The position numbers and the translations under genes were made by a program. Below are positions 10,581 to 21,512 of a DNA stretch of 64,000 nt, one piece after another (the stretch's first letter is position 1; every line of letters starts with the position of its first letter). This DNA is from Heterodontus francisci (Eukaryota): positions 32,704,201 through 32,768,200 of the forward strand of contig NC_090377.1 of assembly GCF_036365525.1 (NCBI RefSeq), written 5' to 3'. Under the pieces are notes generated by a model. That model was not told the DNA's origin. It ran no database searches and worked only from the letters and a program-made list of their open reading frames with translations.

Positions 10581-13500
10581 TGATGAGCCCTCCAATTTTG
10601 TATGCTGTGAGGTCAATGCATTCCCCATGCTGCAGTCTAATGTCTTATGGGTACAGATAAATGGTAAGGGCAATGAAGGAAACAGCAACAGGACTATAGA
10701 AGGCTGTAGCTTTATTGGATCTGTCATTAAGGATCATCTTAAACATGCCTGTATTAGTACGTTGCAAGCCTCCCTTGTGTGTATCTCATTGTGCCTTGCC
10801 TGCGGTCCCTGTGTTTCTTCTTCATTCAGTGCCTGGTCAGCATCCTCCTCCATATCCTCTCTGTTGGAGGAGGCACCGTGCTCCATGATATCCCCATTGT
10901 TCAAAGCTTCTCCCCTCTATAGTGACAGGTTATGTATTGCACAGCACACCACATCGCTACGCGAGACCCATGCTGGGGCATACTGAAGGGCTCCACTGAT
11001 CGATCCAGGCATCTGAACCACATCCTCAGAAGTCCTATGGCCTGCTCGATATTTGCTCGAGTTGTCCTGTGATAGATGTTATATCTCTTCTCTGCATCAG
11101 TGCATGGGTTCCTCACAGACGTTTGCAGTCACATCTTCAATGGGTAGCCCTTGTCACCCAGTATCCATCCTTGATGGCGTGCGGGGGGCCTGTGAAGATC
11201 TGGCACCTGGGACTGCCTTAGTATGTAGCTGTCATAGCTGCTTTCCGGAAACCTTGCACAGACCTTAAGGAACCTTTTGCGGTGGTTGCAAGCAAGTTGT
11301 ATATTGAGAGAATGGAAGCCCTTCCTATTGATGAAGGTTGCTGCCTGATCCGTGGGAGCCTTGATTGCCATATTAATGCAGTCAATGACACCTGCAGCTG
11401 GGGGAATCCAGTAATGGCCCCAAACCCTCTGGGCTTCTCAGCCTGACTGTCTGGATCACTACGAAAGCACACATTCTGACTGGCCCTCTTGAAGGTGGCA
11501 TTGGTGACCATCTTGATGCAGCAATGAGCCAAAGACTGGGAGATCCCATAGATATATCCAGAAGATCTCTGGAGTGATCCTGAAGCATAGAAATTCAGCA
11601 CCATAGTGGCCACCACTTCTCATAGGACTCAACTCATCGTCCATCATGGCACACAGTTCTGTGGCAGCCTCTCTGGAGAGGGGCAGTCCTCGGTGCCACT
11701 GCTGCTTCAACATTTTCATGAAGCTAAGCCTCTGATGGTAGACCCTCTCTGGTGCGTAATCTCTTCTGCAAACAAGAGGCTGGTTGCGTGCCCCTCTGCG
11801 CCGCCCTCCTGCTTTCCCCTTCGCCTTCCTGTTGGTCCTCAGGTTACTGCTGGTCTGCTGCCTGTGGCTGCAGCTCTCTCCCTCGGTGATGCTCCTCCTT
11901 ACTGGAGGTCTCAAAGTCTGAGTGAATGAGGCCCATGACAAATAGCTGCACTCAGTTTCCAGGGCCTCTCACACCTTCCTCCACCCACCCCCCCCACCCC
12001 CCCCACCCCCCCCAATCTATTCACACTACAACCACTTCCAAGATCGCACTCAATTGGTATGCTCCCACTGTGCTGACACATTTCTCCCTACTCTCGACTG
12101 CCAGTGCCCACGGTGTTTCACCCTCCATGCCAAGCCACATTAGTGTTCCCTATGGCTGCCGTCTGCAGCCAGCACTGATCTCCTGTTACTCCACTGCCTC
12201 CTTATACCTGGTGAGGCTCTGACGGCCCATTGTTCTCGTGCACTTTTTGTACATTAGAAATCCCAGGTAAAATTCCAGTTAATTGCCTTTTAAATAGACT
12301 TAATTACCTTCCCACAGCATTTGAGCATGACATCCTCCCACCACACCAGCCACCCTTCGCAAAGTCCAGTTGTGATGTAAAGACGTCTTCCGACGCCTTT
12401 CATTGCAGTTTTCCAACTCATCCCGCCTTCCAGTCTGCCACCATAGGGCTGGGAAAATCCATCCCATAAAGTTTATAAAGAAATAATCTCCATTTTATAC
12501 AGGAAAATTCATTATCAACTTATTTTAGCACAGATTTGTGAATGATTTGTGGTCATCAATTCAGTAAATATGACCATTGGACGAAATTGCTATCAATCCC
12601 CACCCCAGAATGCAATTCAATCACTGCTTTAAGACATTCACATCTAGCATCAGAGGTTATGGAATGGGCAGCCATGGAATGTGGGAAGTATTTCATGTGA
12701 TCACACCATCGCACAAGTGTGTGGGTTAAATTGTGGTTGGGTCATTATGGAAGATTTTTCATGTTCACGGTTGGCTTTCCGCATATTCCACTTTTGCCAT
12801 GAAATTGTTGTGAAACCTGCAAAACCTTTGGTTTACATTCCACATTTCCCTTGAGCATTCAGTTCCACATAGCTATATCTGCCAGTGCTGGCTCACACGG
12901 TCAGAAACATATGCTATTACTGTGGCATGTAGCTAAGCCCCAAATAGCCCTGCATGCCATTGTATTCATTGGATGTTATTTAGTGTTTCTCCAGGCCATT
13001 TCATAACATAAATGTTATCTATAATTCAGAGACCTGAAGGATTACTTTTAAATGCACAGATACAGCTCCTCATAGGGCTTTCTACTCTCTGGAACTCGCT
13101 GCTTTCTGTTTGGCTTACATTTCAACAAAATTAACAGCAGAGTATTGTGTGATCAAGGTGCAAATGATTCTGATGAGATCTCTTTCATCTTAGCCTGTCT
13201 CAGTCCTTGTTGTCTGTTATTCATTTTATCTTCTGCCTTCCTGAGGAACCTTCGCCGCCGCACCAGGTGTCTGAAGACAGCACTGTGGGAGCCGACTTCA
13301 AACCTTTCAGTTTGTGTCATTTAAAAAATGTGTCAGAGCCATATGACAGTAATTAACAACTGACAAAAATTTCTATCGTTTGGCTGGAGGTGGGAAATTA
13401 CCAAGCTGAATTATGTTATCATTAATTTACTATTTGCAGTAAAGACTAGCAATTCATTGTACAAATGTAATAATAAGATGCCCCACTGTTCAAGAACATG

Positions 13501-14689
13501 TCTGAGGTGAGGGGGGAATCAAAAATACAAGGAGCTATCCCTTCAAATGTTCTTTTTGTTATCCTTTAGAAAGTCTTTAGGCAGTAATTCATTGTTCAAC
13601 CTCAATTGATATGAAGAAAACAGGAGATTGGTAATTTCAGTAATAGAAACTAGGTACTGAGCGCATTCACTCCCTAAAACTTGTTTCAATCATTAACCAT
13701 TCATTACTTTTGAAGAGAACATGAATTCTGCTGTATTTGGTAAGGAAGGAGGGTGAAGTTTAGAAGGAATTTGCCATGGTATTAATTCTAATAAGTTGTG
13801 CATTATGTAACAAGAGTACTTCATTCAGTTTCATTATAGTTTGGACATACAAATAGGTAAATGAAAGATATTAGATCTGTAACTGGCTGCTTCAAAATTA
13901 CCTTGGCAACACCCATAAATATGCGAGTACCACAGATATGATTATATAATCAGGTCTTCCTCTGGAGTGAACTAACCCCAATAATATAACTGGTGTAATG
14001 TTCTACTTATTGGACATTACACTGTTGTTAATCCATGCAATAAATGCAAAGGTAGATGGCATCAGTGAAGTGAGACATCACATCTGTACCACTTTGATGG
14101 CTCATGGTGTAATGTCATTGTAGAAAATAGAAGCTTTGAAATATTACGTTTTATTTGATAACTTGCAGGAAAATATGAAATCATGTATTATCCACAAGGT
14201 CCTTTTTAATATAATGTTTCTGAGGTGAGTTCTGAGTTGACACAATGGGAGAAGATCTCTTCTGTAACTAAATCATAACACTGTTTAAAAGCAATGGGCT
14301 AATGATTTAATTCCACACAACATGCAAACGAAATATCAACCCCCACTCAAATTTTGTAACTTTTCTGTATGTCTGTTGTGGCATTGCACTGTGTTTTATG
14401 TAATTTTGTTTTAATTTGAAGTAAGGTAAGCTTCAAAAGGACCAGGGGAGATTTGGGTACGTATTTGTTTTCAGAATGTGAGTGATGTTGGCAAGGTTCA
14501 CCCCTGCCCTGAGAAAGTGGTGGAAGTCTTTCTCATTGGCCCACTGCAGCCTTTGCAATGACAGGGCATCCACAATGATCTTGGGTAGAAAATGATATAG
14601 TACCTTTCATAACAGTAGTGCTAGTTGGAAGTAGACCCCCAACATGGCTTTTCAGTGCCAGGCCACTGAATGGCCAATGGGCGTAGTCG

Positions 14690-15264
14690 TTGTCTAGGAT
14701 GGCAAGTGGGCTCCTGAGGCTGGAGAGCCAATAGGAGTCCCTCCAGCAATGGCACATTGGCAGCCCTCCTGTCTAAAGTATGTAGGAGAGAGAGATGGTG
14801 TCTACATCTGGAGGCACTGTTTGAACACTTTAAAAAATATATAAAAATAGAAAGAGACTACTTCACGGTATGGCAGCTGTGGGAGGGGGTTTAAAAGACC
14901 CATTAGAGCACTGCCCTCCATCCTAGTCCACCGCAGGGAGGTCGCCTGCTCTCACTGGCTGTGTTTTGGCCATTGCAGAGAGCCTGCCTGCCAACTGGAA
15001 AATTCCAGTGGCGCGGAGGGGGGCCTTAATAGGTGCCTTAATTACGTTTATTGACTACCCGCTGCTTGCGGGCGGCTGGCCATCACCACCCCTCCACCCA
15101 CCCCCCCCCCCCCCCCCCCCCCCACACACCCACCCGACCCGGCCTTTTTGAAAATGACTCGGGGGCGGAAACATGCCTGAAAACCAGCACGCTGGGCAGC
15201 GGTGGGAAAGCCCGGACCTGCCTGCCTCTAATTCCACCCCCATCGTGCATCGAAAATCCAGCCC
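14690..15264. mobile_element. GC-rich non-autonomous DNA element (Harbinger-type MITE); left end unclear
   Basis: Right end aaaatccagccc is shared with the MITEs ending at 18242 and 51713; contains a poly-C run at ~15097-15123. Confidence 0.55.
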
Positions 15265-15919
15265 CACGAGTCAATACTGCACAGGCATCATCATCTGAGC
15301 CCGTGACATGCCTGCACTATCTCTGGCATGGACTGTCAAAAAATTGGACTTTTTAGTCACACTTGTTGCAGTGTGGCAAAGTTACTGAACTTCTCTGGTG
15401 CTTACACTGTCAACTTTTGAGAATGATGGCTGTCATATAGCCACAAATAAGGAAGAAGGAAGGAGGCTGGTTTGAAGATAATAGCCTAAAAATTGCTGTA
15501 ACAGGCCAATGTACAGCACCACTGTTGGTTTAGACTTGGCCTTGCTCGTCCAATGTCAATGATATTTTGCCCTGCAAGTTGCTGGAAGTGGGAGATGGAA
15601 ATGGGGAGGTGTTTTCTATGGGGCATCTGGGCCCTGAGGGAACAGGGCAAGCAACTGTGTATCTCTGTAACCAGTTAGCTTGTGAATTGAACAGCGCAAG
15701 ATCTGAACAAGGACGCATAAGTTAGAATTGTGAATTCAATATCAAATCAGGTACAGAAATAGGGATAAAGAGAGGGAAAGAATTGCATTGAGAGAGGAAA
15801 GATACAGAAACAAAAAGGTAAAAACAAATTTGTTTTTTAACATCTCCAACAATGATTAAAACCTTAAGGAATGATATTCCACTCATGTAATGGTTAAATT
15901 TCAGTGCTAAACAGGCTGA

Positions 15920-16745
15920 CAACAGCAACAACTTGTAATCATGTATCACCTTTAAAATCTCAAGGAGCTTCAGAGGAGTATTATCAAACAAAATTTGACG
16001 CCAAACCATATAAGGAGATATTAGGACACATGAGGGTTAAAAAGGTAGGTTTTAAGGAATATCTTGAAGGAAGAAAGTGAAGTAGAGACGCATGGGGAGG
16101 GAATTTCAGAGCTAAGGCTAGGCATCTGGAGGCACGGCTGCTAATTGTGGGCCAATTAAATCAGGGATGCTCAAAGAGACCAGAATTGGAGGAGTGCAGA
16201 TATCTAGGAGGGTTGTTAGACTGGAGGAGTTGACAGAGATAAGGAGGAGCATGGCCATGATTTGAGAAAAAGGGTAATAAATTTAAAATAGAGACTTACT
16301 TAAACAGAAGCCAATGTAGGGCAGCGAGCATAGAGATGATGAGTAAATGGGACTTGGTGCGAGTTAGGACATAGGCAGCAGAGTTTTGAGTGACCTGAGG
16401 TTTAAGGAGAGTACAAAATGGGAGGCTGGCCAGGAATGCATTGGAATTGTCAAGCCTGGAGGTAGCAAAGGCATAGATAAGGGTTCTGCAGCAGATAAGC
16501 TGAGGCGGGGCAGAGTTGGGTGATGTTACAGAGGTAGAAATAGGTGGTCATAGCGGGGTGGATTTGTGGTCAGAATCACATTTGCGAACAATTCTGTTCA
16601 GCCTCAGGCAATTACCAAGGAGAGGAATGGAGTCAGTGTCCAGGGAACGGAGTTTGTGGTAGATACCAAAAACAATGATTTTGATTTTCCCAATATTCAG
16701 TTGGAGGACATTTCTGCTCATCCAGTACTGGATGTTAGACAGTCG
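15920..16745 (-). mobile_element. L2 LINE 3' fragment
   Basis: Minus strand gives LSNIQYWMSRNVLQLNIGKIKIIVFG. Starts with aacagcaacaacttgtaatc, the reverse complement of an L2-type tail. Similar to 41795-43040. Confidence 0.8.
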
Positions 16746-16747
16746 TT

Positions 16748-17152
16748 TTTTTAAAATAATTTTTCCTTCATGGGATGTGGGCATTGCTGGCAAGGCCAGC
16801 ATTTGTTGCCCATCCCTAATTGCTCTTGACAATTGAGTCACTTGCTATGCCATTTCAGAGGGCAGTTAAGAGTTAATCACATTGCTGTAGATCTGGAGTC
16901 ACATGTAGACCAGACCAGGTAAGATGGCAGATTTCCTTCCCTAAAGAACATGAGTGAACCAGGTGGGTTTTTACAATAATCATTGAGACTTTCCACATCA
17001 GAGACTAGCTTTCAATTCCACATTTTTATTAATTAATTGAATTTAAATTCCACCAGCTGCTGTGATAGGATTTGAATCTATGTTGCCAAGGAATTAGCCT
17101 GGGCCTCTGGATTACTAGTTCAGTGACATTACCTCTACGCCACCGTCTCCCC
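16748..17152 (-). mobile_element. Full-length tRNA-derived SINE carrying the tail of the LINE at 1-462
   Basis: Reverse complement starts ggggagacggtggcgtagaggt (A-box-like) ... gattcaaatcc (B-box-like) and ends gcaattagggatgggcaacaaatgctggccttgccagc...catcccatgaag. Confidence 0.85.
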
Positions 17153-17374
17153 TAACCTAGAGAGGGGTCGAGAGATGGTGGTGTGGTAGAACTGGTGTCG
17201 TCCGTATCCATGTGAAAACTGATGAAGATCTGTTGCACAGCCTAAATATGCACAGAAAGAATCAGACCAACATAACACAAATTGATCAGTTAGGGTTAAC
17301 TTGATGATCCTATTGGGTTCCAAAGAACGGGATAAGCACAATATACCTATAGACATGGCTGGCAATGAATCCGA

Positions 17375-18242
17375 GGGCGGGATTTTACCAAGCCCTCAAC
17401 ATTGTGATCCATGGTGGGGAGGGGCCTGAAGATGGCTCCTGATCAGGCCCGTCACAGATCTTGATGCCGGGAGGGCCCGGCCCGATCCTTCTGGCAGTGG
17501 CGAGGCTCCGTGGCAACTCCCCTGCCGCTGAGCGATGGGACCACAATTTAAATATGCAAATGAGTAAAATTAATCAATTTACACACACTTGCCTCCAATC
17601 TTGACTGCAATCTTCGGTGCGGCAGCCAACGCTCCCGCGCCTTCAGATCACCTTTCAGGGAAATACGGCGCCACATTGGTGGGGAGGGGATAGGAGGTAC
17701 GTATGTCAGTGCGGGAGTGGGAGGACGGAGTCAAATAAACGTAGTGGTGTAGGGGATGTTGGGAAGGGTTGAACCTTAAACTTTGCGCAGTTTGGGCAGG
17801 AAAGTCAGATGTGAAAGGTGTGTTGGAGGGCAAGGGCAAATAGTTATTGTAATTGTTATTGGGAGATGGGAAAGGGGTGTTGGGCACAAAGGTCAGATGT
17901 GAAAGGTGTGTTGGGGGGCAAGGGCAAATAGTTACTGTAATTGTTATTGGGAGATGGGAAAGGGGTGTTAGAAATTTATTTATTTAATTTTGTGGGTGAG
18001 GACTTTAAAAATTTAAATTGGGCTGGCTGCCCTTTTAACAATGGAGCCAGCGCCTGTGCACAGACAGCTGACGCCATTGCTGGAGATGGACAGCCCAGCC
18101 ACGGGATTGGGGCGTGAGGGTTGCCCCCGCTATTTAAATGAGCCGCCTCCCTTGAGATTGCAGTGGCTCTTTGGCACGGGCTGCTATTTTTTGAGCTTGT
18201 CGCCGAGATCGGCGACAGGCTCTTAAAATCAAAATCCAGCCC
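17375..18242. mobile_element. MITE with short TIRs (Harbinger-type, non-autonomous)
   Basis: gggcgggatttt ... aaaatccagccc inverted ends; GC-rich body; internal tandem duplication. Confidence 0.7.
17801..17969. repeat. Two-copy tandem duplication (~88-bp period) inside the MITE
   Basis: gtcagatgtgaaaggtgtgttgg..gcaagggcaaatagtta.tgtaattgttattgggagatgggaaaggggtgtt occurs twice. Confidence 0.9.
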
Positions 18243-20446
18243 CAGCTTCTCCATTACACGTCATTTTCAATGGCTCTGATGTGCTTTCTTGTTATTGTCT
18301 CATTTATCATTTCATTTTGCTTGCTAATTACCATACTATATTTTGATTTGTTATCTAACCTTGTTAGCTCAGTGTTTATTTTAATAACATTAGTACAAAA
18401 CAAAAGGAGCACATGGATTCCAATTGACCCTTCCATCCATTCCATGCCAGCCTTCTTCTGGTTTGCATAGTCACTCACTCGATCATATGACAGGCTGTGT
18501 GGGAAAAGTTAGCTTTCAGCTTACAATATCAATGAATATTCCACTAAATGCCATTTATTTTGGTTACAGTTTACAATGCAGTTAAGATAGCTTGCAACTC
18601 TTTCTAAGTTAGAAAAATGATAGGCCTTTTTGATGAACTGAGTTACAGTTAAATTATTTTTCTGCATAGTCTCTCCACTGCTTTTTCAATCATTTGTTAA
18701 TTTTATTACCCAAATCTATATAGAAACATAGAAAACTGGAGCAGAAGTAGGCCATTTGGCCCTTTGAGCCTGCTCCACCATTCATTATGATCATGGCTGA
18801 TCATCCAACTCAGTAACCTGTTTCCGCTTTCGCCCCATATCCTTTGATCCCTTTAAACCCAAGAGCTATATCTAACTCCTTCTTGAAAACATACAATGTT
18901 TTGGCCTTAACTGCTTTCTGTGGTAGTGAATTCCACAGGTTCACCACTCTCTGGGTGAAGAAAATTCTCCTCAATCAGTCCTGAATGGTTTACTCCGTAT
19001 CCTTAGACAATGACCCCTGGTTCTGGACTCCCCCACCATTGGAAATGTCCTTTCTGCATCTACCCTAAGTCCTGTTAGAATTTTATAGGTTTCTATGAGA
19101 TCCCCCCTCACTCTTCTGAACTCCAGCGAATATAATCCTAACCGACTCAATCTCTCCTCATACGTCAGTCCCGCCATCCCAGGAATCAGTCTGGTAAACT
19201 TTCGCTGCACTCCCTCTATAGCAAGAACATCCTTCCTCAGATAAGGAGACCAAAACTGCACACAATATTCCAGGTGTGGCCTCACCAAGGCCCTGTATAA
19301 TTGCAGCAAGACACCCCTGCTCCTGTACTTGAATCCTCTCGCTATGAAGGCTGACATACCATTTGCCTTTTTTACCGCTTGTTGCACCTGCATGCTTACC
19401 TTCAGTGACTGGTGTATGAGAACACCCGAGTCTCGCTGCATATTCCCCTCTCTCAGTTTATAGCCGTTCAGATAATCTGCCTTCCTGTTTTTGCTACCAA
19501 AGTGGATAACCTCACATTTATCCACATTAATATTGCATCTGCCATGCATTAGCCCATTCTTTCAACTTGTCCCAATCACCGTGAAGCCTCTCTGCATCCT
19601 CCTCACAACTCACCCTCCCACCCAGTTTTGTGTCATCTGCAAATTTGGATATATTACATTTAGTTCCCTCATCTAAATCATTAATATAGATTGTGAATAG
19701 CTGGGGTCCTAGCACCTTTCCCTGCAGTAACCCACTAGTCACTGCCTGCCATTCGGAAAAAGACCCATTTATCCCTACTCTTTAATAAAAGCAAAATACT
19801 GCGGATGCTGGAAATCTGAAACAAAAACAAGAAATGCTGGATTCACTCAGCAGGTCTGGCAGCATCTGTGGAAAGAGAAGCAGAGTTAACGTTTCGGGTC
19901 AGTGACCCTTCTTCGGAACTGACAAATATTAGAAAAGTCACAGATTATAAACAAGTGAGGTGGGGGTTGGGCAAGAGATAACAAAGGAGAAGGTGCAGAT
20001 TGGACCAGGCCACATAGCTGACCAAAAGGTCACGGAGCAAAGGCAAACAATATGTTAATGGTGTGTTGAAAGACAAAGCATTAGTACAGAATAGGTGTGA
20101 ATATACTGAATATTGAACATCAGCAAGTGCCAACCTGAAGAAAAACAACCTCATTCAGCCCATTGTGTCTACACTGCCTCTTCCAGTGAGCAATTCACCT
20201 AATGCCATTCCCATTGCCTTCTCCCTATATCACTGCACATTCTTCCTTTTCAGAGATCTGTCTAATTCCCTTTTGAATGCCTCAATTGAACCTGCCTCCA
20301 TCACACTCTCAGGCAGTGCATTCCAGATCCTAACCACTTACAGCGTGAAGAAATTTTCCTCATGTCGTTTTTGCTTTTTCCAATCACTTTATATCTGAGC
20401 TCTCTCATTCTCAATCCTTTCACAAGTGCATCAAATGGTGAATAAT

Positions 20447-21180
20447 GGCCAGAATTTTGCCACAACAGTTGGAGTCCTGCTGCCAGGGCCGAAGGCAGGA
20501 GGCAACCGCACTTAAGCCAGCGGTGGGACCCAGACAGGCATTTTCCCAGCGGTGGCCAATTAAGTGGCCACTGACAGGGCTGCCATCTCCACAAAGAATG
20601 GCAGGCCTCCCCCAAGAGCTGCTGGCCCAATCAGAAGGCCAGCAGCTCAACAGAATCAACACGAGTGTTGGCCATTGCTGTGGCTGTAGCTGCAAGGAGA
20701 GAGCTCCCCAATGGACGAGGCACCCTCGGTGAGGGGTAAGTATTCTTTGGGGATGCTGGGGCCAGGAAGGCAGGCCCTGGTGGATCAGGGTTGGGGCCAA
20801 TGTTGTGAGGAACAAGCGGCGCCATTGCCGCATGGGCAGGCATTGCTGCTGGAGTCCACTGCATGGGCTATCGAGTGCCCCCCGCCCCCCCACTGGAGAC
20901 TGCTGGGAGGCCACCAGGTTTCATTCGATGGTCTTTCCATGTGGCGGCAGCCCACCCTCCCCGCCACTCTGACAGTGGAGTCAGGAAGAGGCCCTTAATT
21001 GGCCACTTACTGAATCAACCGGGCTCCGGGCAGCCAGCTCGTCTGCCACCTTTCCTGCCACTGGCAAAATGGCATGATGGCGGAAGATGGCAGGCATGCC
21101 CCACCCCTGACGCCTTCCTGTGCATTTTGCCAGCCTTCCAGCCTCCCAGCCTGAGACCAAAGGGCTGGTAAAATTGAGCC
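20447..21180. mobile_element. GC-rich MITE (Harbinger-type)
   Basis: ggccagaattttgcc ... ggtaaaattgagcc imperfect inverted ends. Confidence 0.65.
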
Positions 21181-21390
21181 AAACTTTTCAACTATTTATT
21201 TCCATACTGCTCCTGATGTTTGTGTTACTAGAACAGTAGATCAGGCTAAAGATGTAGTGTTTGAGTTGGGAATAGGAATAGAAGGAATTTGTAAATCTCA
21301 GGGAAATCAAGATCATATTTGAAGATAAAATAAAAATATTTGGCAGAACAATTGCCCAATCTTTGTTTGGTCTTCCCAAGAAAAGTGGTA

Positions 21391-21512
21391 AGGGACATGG
21401 GATTAATGTAGGATTAGTATAAATGGGTGGTTGATGGTCGGCACAGACTCGGTGGGCCGAAGGGCCTGTTTCAGTGCTGTATCACTCTATGACTCTATGA
21501 CTCTACGACTCT
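21391..21512 (+). mobile_element. CR1/HE1-type 3' tail with (ctatgact)n terminus
   Basis: gtaggattagtataaatgggtggttgatggtcggcacagactcggtgggccgaagggcctgtttcagtgctgtatc, near-identical to the SINE tail at 28600-28680. Confidence 0.9.

Larger units (their letters stand above)
9120..12466 (-). mobile_element. Harbinger element B (transposase relic on - strand at ~10720-11940; accessory-gene remnants on + strand at ~9150-9850)
   Basis: Fragments VLNFYASGSLQ..GISQS, GFGAITGFPQ, FINRKGFHSLNIQLACNH, ARFPESSYDSYIL, GWILGDKGYPL, EKRYNIYHRTTRANIEQAIGLLRMWFRCLD. TIR-like end ggaaaatccatccc at ~12452-12465. Confidence 0.85.

Noticed and set aside
10720-11940. Domesticated HARBI1 gene
   Set aside because: Multiple frameshifts and stops, a TIR-like end and several related relics nearby indicate a dead transposon.
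14966-15356. Poly-Pro/poly-Gly ORFs
   Set aside because: They come from a poly-C run inside a MITE.
18270-18470. 66-aa ORF resembling a membrane protein
   Set aside because: The hydrophobicity is explained by T-rich composition; no other support.
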